Source: Verrucomicrobiota bacterium (GTDB taxonomy: Bacteria > Verrucomicrobiota > Verrucomicrobiia > Opitutales > Cerasicoccaceae). Taken from it: DNA of 64,000 bases. A model generated the notes under the pieces. It saw nothing but the letters and a program-made list of their open reading frames with translations, was not told the origin of the DNA and searched no databases. The stretch's first letter is position 1, and each line of letters opens with the position of its first letter. Location: assembly GCA_039818205.1 (NCBI GenBank), contig JBCBUK010000007.1:128001-192000 (forward strand). The letters are read 5' to 3'. Both the position numbers and the translations under genes were made by a program. Shown one piece after another: positions 27,213 through 37,728 of the stretch.

Positions 27213-28732
27213 ATTCAGCCCGCAACGTCAGCCTCCTTCTCCACGCACATTTACCCTACGGGCTGCGTACCGAGGTGCCATTTAGTCTAGAAGAGGCTTG
27301 GCTGCACGAGGCAACCATCGATTGCTACGTCCCGTTACTCTACGTGTTTGGATCGTTGCCAGCGGGAAAATTACCACCGATCGCGGTATCCCTCTCCCCA
27401 ACATTGATCGAAATGTGGGAACACCCCGCTTTCCCCGAGCGATTTGAAGCTCACTTGCGACGAGGTATAAACCTTTTTGAAAACGAAGCCGCCGATCCTA
27501 CCCTTCCCGCTCCAAGACGTGCTTTAGCAAGCAACTATGCTCAAAGCTGGGAATCCATTCTCAAGGACTTCCGTTCGAAATTCCAGGGCAAGCTTCTTGG
27601 TGCCTGGACCCAGCTGGCACAGCTTGGGAAGGTCGAGCTATTGACCACGGCGACTACTCATGCATTTCTACCCGCGCACCAAAACGCAACCAGTCGGAAA
27701 CTACAGATCGAGCTCGGTGTCGAACGCTTTACGCGGCTAACGGGTATCGAACCAAAGGGATTTTGGCTACCAGAATGTGCTTACTATCTGGGACTCGAAA
27801 GAGACTTAGAAACAATTGGTATTGAATGGTTTAGCGTCGAGAACATGGGGGAATCCAGCCTCACTCGCTGCCCCAATAAGCTCCTCGCGATATCGCGCCA
27901 CTCCTACCTTTCCCGCAAGGTCTGGGATGCGCGTTCTGGCTACCCCGGAAACGTGGACTATCGGGAGTTTCACCGCGACGCGATCAAGGAGCTCAGCCAT
28001 GAAAAAGCCGGCCTATTTCGCTTAGAAAACGGCGATTCCCTTCCTTTGGGAATGAAATATTGGCGAGTAAGCGGACAAGAGGACAAGGATTGGTACGATC
28101 CTGCCCAAGCGGTTGAACAGGCTCGCCAGGATGCCCACGACTTCATCCGAGAGCTCGAGGAAGAAGCCACGGATCCAATCACCTTCCTGCCTTTTGATGC
28201 CGAGTTGTTTGGACATTGGTGGTTTGAGGGGCCGGTGTGGATCAAAGAGATTCTTCACCTAGCCAGCTCGGCGCAGAGTCTTCACCTTGGCACCCCAACT
28301 GAGATCTTGGCAGATGCACCGGAGATTCATGTCGGCCGGCCCAAGCCGTCAACTTGGGGACATCAGTCAGACTATTCATTTTGGGTGAACCATGAAACCG
28401 ACTGGATCTATCCACTGCTGCAGCAGGCTGACCGGCAATTAGCCGAGTTACTCAACAACCAGCCCAAACAAGAATCCACGCTTTACGGGCGAGCAATCGG
28501 TCAATTGACCCGCGAGTTACTGCTCGCGCAGGCTTCCGATTGGCCATTTATGATACGTGCCGGAGCGACTGCCAACTATGCTCGGGAACGAATCCAACGA
28601 CACCTTGCCCGTTTTCACTACCTCGCCGAACAGATTGCTCAAGGTAACATCGACCAGGAAGCCCTGGCTGGACTTGAAGAGCTGGACCCAATCCTGCCCG
28701 ATTTAACGATAGAACGCTTAATTCATTCTTAG
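27209..28732 (+). CDS. GH57 1,4-alpha-glucan branching enzyme (DUF1957 type), copy 2
   Basis: LHAHLPY, FWLPECAY, PFDAELFGHWWFEG, LAQASDWPF. Confidence 0.9.
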   Translation: MNSARNVSLLLHAHLPYGLRTEVPFSLEEAWLHEATIDCYVPLLYVFGSLPAGKLPPIAVSLSPTLIEMWEHPAFPERFEAHLRRGINLFENEAADPTLPAPRRALASNYAQSWESILKDFRSKFQGKLLGAWTQLAQLGKVELLTTATTHAFLPAHQNATSRKLQIELGVERFTRLTGIEPKGFWLPECAYYLGLERDLETIGIEWFSVENMGESSLTRCPNKLLAISRHSYLSRKVWDARSGYPGNVDYREFHRDAIKELSHEKAGLFRLENGDSLPLGMKYWRVSGQEDKDWYDPAQAVEQARQDAHDFIRELEEEATDPITFLPFDAELFGHWWFEGPVWIKEILHLASSAQSLHLGTPTEILADAPEIHVGRPKPSTWGHQSDYSFWVNHETDWIYPLLQQADRQLAELLNNQPKQESTLYGRAIGQLTRELLLAQASDWPFMIRAGATANYARERIQRHLARFHYLAEQIAQGNIDQEALAGLEELDPILPDLTIERLIHS

Positions 28733-28785
28733 AATGTAGACACGACACGCTTTACAATGGGCGTCGAATCCTCTACCCCAGTCTT

Positions 28786-30576
28786 ATGGCTAAAAAAAGT
28801 AGCTCAGCCAACTCCACTGCTAAAACAACTTCCAAGTCCTCGGATACCACTATGCCGGTACCAAATCCGGCTTCCGAAGGCAAAGTCTCCAAGATCGCGA
28901 AAAAATCTGCACGCAAAAAGCAAGCGGTCAAAAAAGTCGCTCCGGCTAAGGTCGATTTCGAAGAACTGAAAGAAACCGCGGATAAGGCCATAGACAAAGA
29001 ACGCCTGACTGCGAAGGATGCCGCCAAACCCATTGACGCGGACCCAACCGAGGAACACGGCAGCGACCTCCACAATGTTTTCCTTCAGGAGGAGATTCCC
29101 TCGATGTATGTCGTGCATATCTCGCCTGAGATGTCCCCTGTTGCCAAAGTTGGTGGTTTGGCCGACGTTGTCTTCGGACTAACCTGGGAATTGCAGATTC
29201 GCGGACATCATGTAGAGACGATCTTACCCAAGTATAACAACATGCGTTATGACCATGTTTATGGTCTCGAACGCTGCTTCGATGATCTCTGGGTTCCGTG
29301 GCAAGGTGGTGCGATCCATTGTTCGGTTTATTTCGGTTTCGTCTATGGGCGTAAGTGCTTCTTCATCGAACCGCACTCGAGTGACTGCTTCTTTGACCGC
29401 AACAAATTTTACGGCGACCACGATGATGTATTCCGCTTCGCATTCTTTTCGCGTGCGGCAATGGAATTCCTGCTGAAGTCCGGGAAACGTCCCGACGTCA
29501 TTCATTGCCATGATTGGCAAACCGGCCTGGTTCCTGTCTTTCAGTGGGAGATTTATCACAAGCACGGCATGCATGATTGCCGAGTCTGCTACACCATCCA
29601 TAACTTCCGCCATCAAGGCCTTTGTGGTGGCCACATTTTGGACGCGACCGAACTCAACCGACCAGAATACTACTTTGCACCCGAACGCCTCGGCGACTAC
29701 CACCACCCGACCGCCATCAACTTGATGAAAGGCGGCATTGTCTACTCGAATTTTGTTACCACCGTGTCGCCAACCCATGCGGGCGAAGCCAAAGACAAGG
29801 GACAAGGCTTTGGCCTTGAGCCAGCCCTACACGCCCATAACTCAAAATACGGCGGCGTCCTCAATGGCATTGACTACGAAGTCTGGAATCCTGAGTCAGA
29901 CCGCTACATTCCAACGCACTACAGTAGCGAATCGGTCGATAAAAAATACGAGAACAAGAAAGCCCTACGCGATCGTCTGCTAATGGCAGACAATGAAAAG
30001 CCAATTATCGCCTACGTTGGCCGCCTCGATCCTCAAAAGGGCCTTGAGCTCATTCGCCACGCGCTCTTCTACTGCGTCAACCATGGAGCGCAGTTCATCT
30101 TACTTGGCAGTAGTCCAGAAGCCTCCATCGATGGCTATTTCTGGCGAATCAAAGGCGAGATAAACGAGAATGCCGATAGCCATATCGAGATCGGATTCAA
30201 CGAGGAACTCGCACACCTGATTTACGCCGGTGCGGACATGATGATCGTCCCAAGCCGCTACGAACCCTGTGGCCTTACCCAACTAATTGCCATGCGCTAT
30301 GGAACGGTACCTCTCGTCCGCAGCGTTGGAGGCCTGGCGGACACCGTCTTCGACAAGGATTTCTCGGATAAGCCGCTTGACCAGCGCAACGGCTACGTTT
30401 TCCACAACGACGATTACGCCGGTGTCGAAAGCGCTCTATCGCGTGCCATTAGCTGCTACTATCAGTATCCCGATCACTTCCGATCGCTCATGCTCAACAG
30501 CATGAACTGCGACTACTCATGGAACGTGCCGGGACAACATTACTTGAACATATACAATTACATTCGAGCGAAATAA
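28786..30576 (+). CDS. glgA: Glycogen synthase (GT5) with an N-terminal extension
   Basis: PEMSPVAKVGGLADV, HCHDWQTG, RLDPQKG, PSRYEPCGLTQL, GGLADTV. Confidence 0.95.
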   Translation: MAKKSSSANSTAKTTSKSSDTTMPVPNPASEGKVSKIAKKSARKKQAVKKVAPAKVDFEELKETADKAIDKERLTAKDAAKPIDADPTEEHGSDLHNVFLQEEIPSMYVVHISPEMSPVAKVGGLADVVFGLTWELQIRGHHVETILPKYNNMRYDHVYGLERCFDDLWVPWQGGAIHCSVYFGFVYGRKCFFIEPHSSDCFFDRNKFYGDHDDVFRFAFFSRAAMEFLLKSGKRPDVIHCHDWQTGLVPVFQWEIYHKHGMHDCRVCYTIHNFRHQGLCGGHILDATELNRPEYYFAPERLGDYHHPTAINLMKGGIVYSNFVTTVSPTHAGEAKDKGQGFGLEPALHAHNSKYGGVLNGIDYEVWNPESDRYIPTHYSSESVDKKYENKKALRDRLLMADNEKPIIAYVGRLDPQKGLELIRHALFYCVNHGAQFILLGSSPEASIDGYFWRIKGEINENADSHIEIGFNEELAHLIYAGADMMIVPSRYEPCGLTQLIAMRYGTVPLVRSVGGLADTVFDKDFSDKPLDQRNGYVFHNDDYAGVESALSRAISCYYQYPDHFRSLMLNSMNCDYSWNVPGQHYLNIYNYIRAK

Positions 30577-30591
30577 CGCTAATCCTTTTGT

Positions 30592-33060
30592 ATGACCACT
30601 GCTACGCGCCGCATTCTTGCTGCCTATTGGATTGCGCCGGGACGAGGAATCGTCCTGATGCGTCGCAACTGGTTGGTTAAAAAGCCTCCCGAGTTCTACC
30701 TCGATGCACCGGGAGCTCAAATCGCTAAAATCCAACGGGCGGACCCCGTCAAGCTAGCCTTCTTCACCGGATACTATGAATCGGGTGACGACATTGTCTT
30801 CTGTGTTGAGCCCAAGCGCTTTCCCCACGTTGATTTTGAAAACAACCCTGTGCGTGTGGCGGGCCCCTTCAATGAATGGGGTAAAGACAACTGGGATAAG
30901 TGGTTGATGACTGAGGCCGAAACTGATGACGGTGAAACCTACTACCAAGTCGCCGTCCCGCGCGCCGTATTCGGTTCGAAACCCTCCCATGTCCAGTTCA
31001 AATTCGTCACTGCCGATTGGCATTGGCTGACGCCACTACGCACTGCCCCAAACGTCGAGTACGACAAAGGAGACAACTCCAACTACCGCCTTAACCTCAG
31101 CCGAACAGGCAAACATGCCTTTGAGTTCGTGCTCGAGAAAGGCCAGCGCGGCATGGACCAAACCTGCCGCCTTGGTTGGAAAGATAAAGGCTCCGTGCGT
31201 GACCTCCAACCCATTCGTCCCGGACTCGGTTTTTGCGATCTCAAAACCGATGCGCCTCTTGGAGCGACCATCAACGGCGAACGCACGACTTTCCGTCTCT
31301 TCGCACCGCGCGCGACGGCTGTTAGACTCGAGCTCTATGACGCAGTTGAAGCCTCATTGATCAACCTCTACGATATGGAACTGTCGGCGGATCAATTGTG
31401 CTGGGAAATCGAGCTCGATGGAAATTTACACGGATGGTACTACACCTACTCCGTCAACGGGGTAAACGACGGGCAGACAACCAATTTCGATTTCTCGGAA
31501 CCGATTACCGATCCGTACGCAAAAGCCGTCTGTTCCCATAAAGGTCCCGGCATCGTCATCGACGATGATCAATGCCGCAAACCATACAAACGCTTCACGC
31601 CGCCACCGTGGCAGGATCTAGTAATCCTGGAATGCCACGTGCGCGACGTAGTGGCCAAGGCGCCTCTGAAAATCGAAGACCAAGATCGCCTTGGCTTCAT
31701 TGGTGTCGCTCAGTTCCTTGAGGATGACATGTGCTACTTGCGAACTGTCGGCGCCAACGCCCTTGAGTTTCAACCCATCCAACAGTTCGATAGCACCTCC
31801 AAAGAGGAATACCACTGGGGCTATATGACGACGAATTACTTCTCGCCGTCGGCCTGGTATGGATCCGATCCCGCCTCCTTTTCTCAGAACGAAGAGTTTC
31901 TGGAGATGGTTGAAGCCTGTCACGATCACGAACTGGCGGTGATCATCGACGTCGTTTACAACCATGTGGGTTTGCCCAACGCACTAGAGCGTATCGACAA
32001 AGCCTACTACTTTTATCTATCCGAGAACGGCGACTTAATGAATTGGAGCGGCTGTGGAAACACGCTTAACGCCGAGGCCGCGATGGCAAAGCATCTGATC
32101 ATTGAGAGTCTTCTGCACCTTGTCCGCGCCTACGACATTGATGGCTTCCGCTTCGATCTCGCCGAACTCATCACCATTGAGACCCTCAAGGAAATTGGCG
32201 ATGCGCTAAAAGCCGAAAAAGAGTCGATCATATTGATCGCTGAGCCTTGGAGCTTTCGCGGTGGCATCCAATGGGACACACGACTTGCTGGCTACGCCTT
32301 CTGGAACGATGGGTTCCGCAATACAATCGCCGACTTTATCAAAGGTAATAGTAATGGCGATGCCCTCGCCTACTACATGAAGGGTTGTTTGGATCATATG
32401 GCGGCTTGGCCATCCCAATCGATCAATTATACGGAATCACACGATGACCGCTGCTGGCTGGACAGGATCACGACCAACGCTGGTCACGATGGCACCAATC
32501 CCTCCCAACTCGATATCCAGCGGACCCACATGATGGGCGCCATCCTGATGTGCTCAGTTGGAGTGCCCATGATTTCCGAGGGTCAGGATTTCCTCCGCAG
32601 CAAACAAGGGATCAATAACACGTATCAGCGCGGCGATATCAACGCTTTGGACTATGGCCGCTTACAACGCTTCGGTAAAACTCACCTATATTTCCAGCAG
32701 CTTATTGCCTTCCGCCGCTCCGAATGGGGCGAGCTTCTCCGACTGTGGGATTCACCCTCGCCCGGATACATGCGCGTTTTCAAAGTGGACAACGGACAAA
32801 ACAGCGCAACTGCCCTACTCTTCAACGCGGATTGCGCACTGGGCCAGCGGCAGATTCTCTTCGCAGTCAACCCGCACGAGCAGCCCACCAGCATACGCAC
32901 GCACGATATCGACGGCATGCATTGGCAATGCCTCGCAGATGCCGACAATCTGAATTTTGAAGGCATTATCGACAATCGCTTTGATGGCTATCAACACCAA
33001 CTGAATCTGAAGCCAATGGATATCGGCATCTGGGTCCGCGAGTTTCCTGAGAGCAAATAA
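30592..33060 (+). CDS. GH13 pullulanase/debranching-type enzyme
   Basis: FRLFAP, YHWGY, DVVYNH, DGFRFDLAE, IAEPW, ESHDD; extra N-terminal CBM-like segment (VRVAGPFNEW). Confidence 0.9.
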   Translation: MTTATRRILAAYWIAPGRGIVLMRRNWLVKKPPEFYLDAPGAQIAKIQRADPVKLAFFTGYYESGDDIVFCVEPKRFPHVDFENNPVRVAGPFNEWGKDNWDKWLMTEAETDDGETYYQVAVPRAVFGSKPSHVQFKFVTADWHWLTPLRTAPNVEYDKGDNSNYRLNLSRTGKHAFEFVLEKGQRGMDQTCRLGWKDKGSVRDLQPIRPGLGFCDLKTDAPLGATINGERTTFRLFAPRATAVRLELYDAVEASLINLYDMELSADQLCWEIELDGNLHGWYYTYSVNGVNDGQTTNFDFSEPITDPYAKAVCSHKGPGIVIDDDQCRKPYKRFTPPPWQDLVILECHVRDVVAKAPLKIEDQDRLGFIGVAQFLEDDMCYLRTVGANALEFQPIQQFDSTSKEEYHWGYMTTNYFSPSAWYGSDPASFSQNEEFLEMVEACHDHELAVIIDVVYNHVGLPNALERIDKAYYFYLSENGDLMNWSGCGNTLNAEAAMAKHLIIESLLHLVRAYDIDGFRFDLAELITIETLKEIGDALKAEKESIILIAEPWSFRGGIQWDTRLAGYAFWNDGFRNTIADFIKGNSNGDALAYYMKGCLDHMAAWPSQSINYTESHDDRCWLDRITTNAGHDGTNPSQLDIQRTHMMGAILMCSVGVPMISEGQDFLRSKQGINNTYQRGDINALDYGRLQRFGKTHLYFQQLIAFRRSEWGELLRLWDSPSPGYMRVFKVDNGQNSATALLFNADCALGQRQILFAVNPHEQPTSIRTHDIDGMHWQCLADADNLNFEGIIDNRFDGYQHQLNLKPMDIGIWVREFPESK

Positions 33061-33196
33061 GCGTTCAGGGGCACTCGTTGGTTTTGAACCGGATCCCAAT
33101 GCGCGTTCATTTGAGCCCCGCCCAAATCCCTATGCAGCATCCTTCAAAAAAAACGCTGGCCCTACTGGGCAGCATTAGTTGAACTGTGGTTCCATA

Positions 33197-34942
33197 GTGG
33201 CTACTACTAAAGAATATTGGAACTCCCGCCTGGGCGTAATCCTAGCGGTTGCCGGAAGTGCGGTCGGCTTAGGAAATTTTTTGCGATTCCCGGGCCAGGC
33301 GGCTCAACATGGCGGTGGAGCGTTCATGCTCGCCTACTTCATCTCCTTTCTCCTGATCGGCCTACCCATTTGTTGGGCAGAATGGACCATGGGGCGTCAT
33401 GGTGGCTCAAAGGGCTATAACTCGAGCCCCGGCATCTTCAACGCAATATGGCGCAGCCCTGCCGCCAAGTATGTCGGCATCATTGGCGTGATCATCCCGG
33501 TGGTGATCTACATGTACTACGTCTACATCGAGGCCTGGTGCCTTGGCTATGCGCTCAATTTCCTAAACGGTAACCTTAATTTTGATTCGGTGGATCAGTC
33601 CACGGATTGGTGGGCAAACTTTATTGGCGTGGGGGCCGATGGCTCAGCATTCAGCCACTTCGGCATCGATAGCGTTGGGTGGTATCTCATCATCGCTTTT
33701 TCCCTCAACTTTTTCCTGATCTACCGCGGGTTGTCCGGCGGTATCGAGTTCTTTTGTAAGATCGCCGTCCCAACCCTCGTGTTACTAGCCGTTATCGTAC
33801 TGATCCGCGTCCTAACCTTGGGCGCACCAGTTGCCGACGAACCCACCGAGAACATCAACAATGGACTCGGCTTCTTGTGGAACCCAAACAAGCACTTCCT
33901 AGTCGTGTCCGACGCAACGACCGGCGATATCATCCATCAACGTGAGATCGTCGACAAGGGCTTGATCGCCGAATACCGAGCTCAAGCCGGAACGAGCATC
34001 GACGGCAAACTCTACGCAGTTGAAATTGTTCCCCTTTGGAAGCAAATGCTGAATCCTCAGCTTTGGCTCGCGGCCGCTGGGCAAATTTTCTTTTCGTTGT
34101 CGGTCGGTTTCGGCGTGATCATTACCTATTCAAGCTACATGCGGAAAAAGGATGACGTCGTCCTCAGTGGCCTCGCGGCAACCAGCGCCAACGAGTTCTG
34201 CGAAGTCGCGCTGGGTGGTTTGATCACCGTTCCCGCCGCCGTAGCATTCATCGGAGTTGCCGGCTTGGCTGGCGCCGGTTTAGGGACTTTCGATCTTGGC
34301 TTCAAGGTGCTTCCATTGGTTTTTTCGGAAATGCCGCTGGGGCACATCTTTGGGTTCCTTTGGTTCTTCCTGCTCTTCCTGGCCGCAATGACGAGCTCCA
34401 TCTCGATGCTCCAACCCGGCATTGCGTTTATCGAAGAAACCATGCGCACCAACCGAAAACGTTCCTGCGCAATCCTGGGCCTGATCACCGCAATTGGTTG
34501 CACAATGGTCGTCTACTTCAGCAAAGACGTCAAAGTCCTCGATACACTGGATTTCTGGATCGGCACATTCTTGATCTTCGTTCTCGCAACAATTCAAATT
34601 ATTGTATTCGGCTGGGTCTTTGGGATCGATCGCGGGTTTAACGAGGCCCATAAAGGTGCCGCAATCAAGATTCCTGCGATCTTTAAGCCGATCATGAAGT
34701 ATGTCTGCCCGGCATTCCTGTTGATCGTATTCTTTTTCTGGGTTTTGATGAATGTATTCGGCGTCAGCCTAAGCGGCGAAGAGGCCCAAATCAGTGGGTA
34801 TGTGAAAGACCTCTTCGGCAAAGAGCCGAGTATTGCCGCCTGGTTGAGTATCGGTCTAGTCGCATTAATGTTCATCTTTTTCGCCGTGCTGGTCTCAACC
34901 GTCGACCGGTACCGCGAGGAACACGCAAATTGGAAGGAATAG
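33197..34942 (+). CDS. Sodium-dependent transporter, NSS/SNF family
   Basis: [45 protein letters not shown]. Confidence 0.95.
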   Translation: MATTKEYWNSRLGVILAVAGSAVGLGNFLRFPGQAAQHGGGAFMLAYFISFLLIGLPICWAEWTMGRHGGSKGYNSSPGIFNAIWRSPAAKYVGIIGVIIPVVIYMYYVYIEAWCLGYALNFLNGNLNFDSVDQSTDWWANFIGVGADGSAFSHFGIDSVGWYLIIAFSLNFFLIYRGLSGGIEFFCKIAVPTLVLLAVIVLIRVLTLGAPVADEPTENINNGLGFLWNPNKHFLVVSDATTGDIIHQREIVDKGLIAEYRAQAGTSIDGKLYAVEIVPLWKQMLNPQLWLAAAGQIFFSLSVGFGVIITYSSYMRKKDDVVLSGLAATSANEFCEVALGGLITVPAAVAFIGVAGLAGAGLGTFDLGFKVLPLVFSEMPLGHIFGFLWFFLLFLAAMTSSISMLQPGIAFIEETMRTNRKRSCAILGLITAIGCTMVVYFSKDVKVLDTLDFWIGTFLIFVLATIQIIVFGWVFGIDRGFNEAHKGAAIKIPAIFKPIMKYVCPAFLLIVFFFWVLMNVFGVSLSGEEAQISGYVKDLFGKEPSIAAWLSIGLVALMFIFFAVLVSTVDRYREEHANWKE

Positions 34943-34944
34943 GT

Positions 34945-35094
34945 ATGACGATTGGTGGCTGGATAATTATGTTGATGTCAGTATGCACCGTTTGCACGCT
35001 CTTTGCGTGGTGCATGTATAAAGTCATGTCCACCCCGGGCGAGTCGGAGCACATGCATGGATTCGGTGCGGAAAAGACCCCCGATGTCGAGTAG
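34945..35094 (+). CDS. Small single-TM protein, MetS-like NSS small subunit
   Basis: Hand translation: MTIGGWIIMLMSVCTVCTLFAWCMYKVMSTPGESEHMHGFGAEKTPDVE (49 aa), 2 nt after the NSS stop. Confidence 0.7.
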   Translation: MTIGGWIIMLMSVCTVCTLFAWCMYKVMSTPGESEHMHGFGAEKTPDVE

Positions 35095-35196
35095 AAGTAA
35101 TCGCTCTTCACGCTATTTAGTGATGTTCAAAGAGCCGGAAAACTCCGGCCCTTTGAACGCTCCATCTAGACTTATGGAAAAAAAATCTCTGCGCTC

Positions 35197-36345
35197 CTAA
35201 TCTGACTCAACGACAAAACCGCGGTGCCGTATTGCGAAAAACAGGACGCCGTATCCGACAAGCGCCAACACAAGGCCAAAAGAAACCCAACGCATTCCCG
35301 TAACAAGCAGGTAGGTCGTTAGAGCCAGTCCAACCGACCAAAAGGCCCAGTCTAAACGCGTACGGATGCTCTGATTCAGGTCGTTGATCAAACCGTCCAA
35401 GATTGGCAATGATAACGCCAAGAGCAAAATCATCCATGCCATTCCATGCTTAATGTCGGAGGCGAATACATCGATGTCCTGACTAAGAACGTCTCTCAGT
35501 TGCCCCATACCCTCAGGAAAGTTGTTCGAAACTCCATGACCTCCGAGCTGCTGACTATACTCTTGAATCTGATTCTGCATACCTCCAGCAAGACGCCCCA
35601 ATTCATTCTCCAGGTTTACCTGATACCATGGAAACAGTAAGCTGGTAAATACGATCCCTGCTCCGAGGCACCGCATGACCATCGACTTGGAGATCTTCTT
35701 GGTTTGCGACTCTGGCGCTGCGCCCAACGCGCTCATAAGTTCCGCTCCTTCGTGCGGGGAAACGGTGCCCGATTCAACCATCTGCATCACCCGCTCACGC
35801 TCACTCAGTGTAACCCGACGGCCATCGGAACTCTGAACCTTCGCTTCGACCTGAAAACTCAGCATTGTCGGATACAGTCCGAATAAAATGACCACTGCGA
35901 TCAGGGTAACCCAAGGGTTCCAAGAAAGTGCGATCCAAGCGGACACCGATAAGCCGATTGCGATAAATATGGTTCCTGGACTTAGCCAAGCCGCAAACCC
36001 GACCCGACCAGGAGACTTCTCCGCTTCGGTCAGTTCCCCCTGTATCCATGCCTTGTAGAGCCGGATTATTCCTGGTATTGCGAACAGCCATACACCAACC
36101 ATCGGCAAAACGAACTCCTTGCCTCGGACCGACCAATTGGGCCCTGGAGCCACCATTCCCCGTTCTACCATGTAGGCCAAGATGAAGGCATTGAAAACAC
36201 CACAAAAGAAACCAAGCAGGATCCAGAGGAAGCCAAAAAACCATTTGGTTCGGATATACTTCGCGTAAAAGGTGGTTCCAAACGTGATAGCAATAAACGC
36301 TGGCACGAAGAATACTATGAATCGAATACCGGGATCTTCATTCAT
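35197..36345 (-). CDS. Polytopic membrane protein with an internal SHOCT-like motif
   Basis: Many TM segments; cytoplasmic ERERVMQMVESGTVSPHEGAELMSAL. Confidence 0.7.
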   Translation of the reverse strand: MNEDPGIRFIVFFVPAFIAITFGTTFYAKYIRTKWFFGFLWILLGFFCGVFNAFILAYMVERGMVAPGPNWSVRGKEFVLPMVGVWLFAIPGIIRLYKAWIQGELTEAEKSPGRVGFAAWLSPGTIFIAIGLSVSAWIALSWNPWVTLIAVVILFGLYPTMLSFQVEAKVQSSDGRRVTLSERERVMQMVESGTVSPHEGAELMSALGAAPESQTKKISKSMVMRCLGAGIVFTSLLFPWYQVNLENELGRLAGGMQNQIQEYSQQLGGHGVSNNFPEGMGQLRDVLSQDIDVFASDIKHGMAWMILLLALSLPILDGLINDLNQSIRTRLDWAFWSVGLALTTYLLVTGMRWVSFGLVLALVGYGVLFFAIRHRGFVVESD

Positions 36346-36347
36346 GA

Positions 36348-36734
36348 CTAGAGTCGTTTCAGTTGTTTCGCAGCTTCTCGGGTGGACAGTTCTCCGGACT
36401 CAACCTGAGACAGGATTGATTCGCGGGTAACGGCCGGCGGAACGTCCTCCGTGGTACTTGGATTAAATGTTTGCCCCAACCGCTCGTTCACCAGATCGAG
36501 CCGCTTACAAACGGTTGGATAGGAAATTCCTAATTGTTTGCCGACCTCGCGAATATTCCCGCGGCACTGAAGGAATATTAAAACAAACTCCTGCAAATCG
36601 GTCGGGAGTCGGAAAAATGCTGGGACCCCAACAGTCGTCGTCAACTGAGTGTCGCAACTCGTGCAATGCAAGTGCGTGATTTCTAGGGTGCCCTCACAAA
36701 ATGGGCAAGATGATGTCAAATGCTTCGCCGACAT
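36348..36734 (-). CDS. DUF2089-like Zn-ribbon/HTH regulator
   Basis: CPFC...CTSC, GNIREVGKQLGISYPTV, C-terminal ILSQVESGELSTREA. Confidence 0.85.
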   Translation of the reverse strand: MSAKHLTSSCPFCEGTLEITHLHCTSCDTQLTTTVGVPAFFRLPTDLQEFVLIFLQCRGNIREVGKQLGISYPTVCKRLDLVNERLGQTFNPSTTEDVPPAVTRESILSQVESGELSTREAAKQLKRL

Positions 36735-36864
36735 ATTCAATTCGTTAACTTAAAACTTAAATTATTTAACTTTTCAATGAAATATCTTAAAAATCTCTAA
36801 AAACCGGTACACACCGAAACAACGCTCTTCAAAGAGCGCGGTAGCGAGACACTGAGACACTCGT

Positions 36865-37722
36865 CTATTCCGTCTGGTCGTCCAGCAATGCCTCGGGCTC
36901 ATCACCGGTTCCCAAAGCATTGTAGCGAGCATACACAGGCTCGGATCCGTGTTTGCGCTCCAGTCGGCGAACGATGAAGTGTCCGAGCGCCATATTCTGA
37001 AAGTAACCGGTGAAGTAAGTGTTTACCACAGCACCGCTGACCGCCCCGATAACCGGGACCATCACCGCGCCCGCCTTCTGCGTCACGGTGATGCTAAAGC
37101 GCTCCGCGATTTGCCCAACAAATCGGGTCAATGGAGGCGAAGCCGCATCGATCGCCCCCTTCTCAGCAACGTATTTGGCCGCCTCAGAAACCCGTTGGGC
37201 CAAGAGTGTCCGGATGGCGATATAGCTGGCATCCGTGCTATCGTCATCGCGCTTGCGGGTATTCCCCAGGGCAAAAACCTCGACACAAGCCAAACGCGCC
37301 TCGGTTTCATTGAGATCCTCGCCCTGACTTCGGGCCACATCCGCAATCGAACGTAGCATGATCGTAGTCGAAACCGGTAGCTCGATCGGCAAGGCCATCC
37401 AGCCAAAAGCGCCTCCGGCACCGCCAGTTGCGGCGGTTGCAAACTTGTGCATTAGGTCCCGACTCGCCTTCACCCGATCCTTATCGAGGGTCATCAATGC
37501 GATTCCCAAAGCGGTCTTAAGTGCCTTATCTGTCGCGCCAACAATTACACCCTGCGCCTTGTCGGGCATCAAATCGATCCCCTTTTCAATTGGCGCACCA
37601 ATCAGGTTGACCAGCTGCTGACCAAAGCTCTTGCCCTCCAAGATCCGGTGGGCGAGCTGCAAATCCTGCTCGTCTTCGTCATTCCATTCAACCGGGAACG
37701 GGGGTGGTACTTCTATTGGCAT
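36865..37722 (-). CDS. EcsC family protein
   Basis: GGAGGAFG...ELPVSTTIMLRSIADVARSQGED, VPVIGAVSGAVVN, RRLERKHG. Confidence 0.85.
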   Translation of the reverse strand: MPIEVPPPFPVEWNDEDEQDLQLAHRILEGKSFGQQLVNLIGAPIEKGIDLMPDKAQGVIVGATDKALKTALGIALMTLDKDRVKASRDLMHKFATAATGGAGGAFGWMALPIELPVSTTIMLRSIADVARSQGEDLNETEARLACVEVFALGNTRKRDDDSTDASYIAIRTLLAQRVSEAAKYVAEKGAIDAASPPLTRFVGQIAERFSITVTQKAGAVMVPVIGAVSGAVVNTYFTGYFQNMALGHFIVRRLERKHGSEPVYARYNALGTGDEPEALLDDQTE

Positions 37723-37728
37723 AACGCG

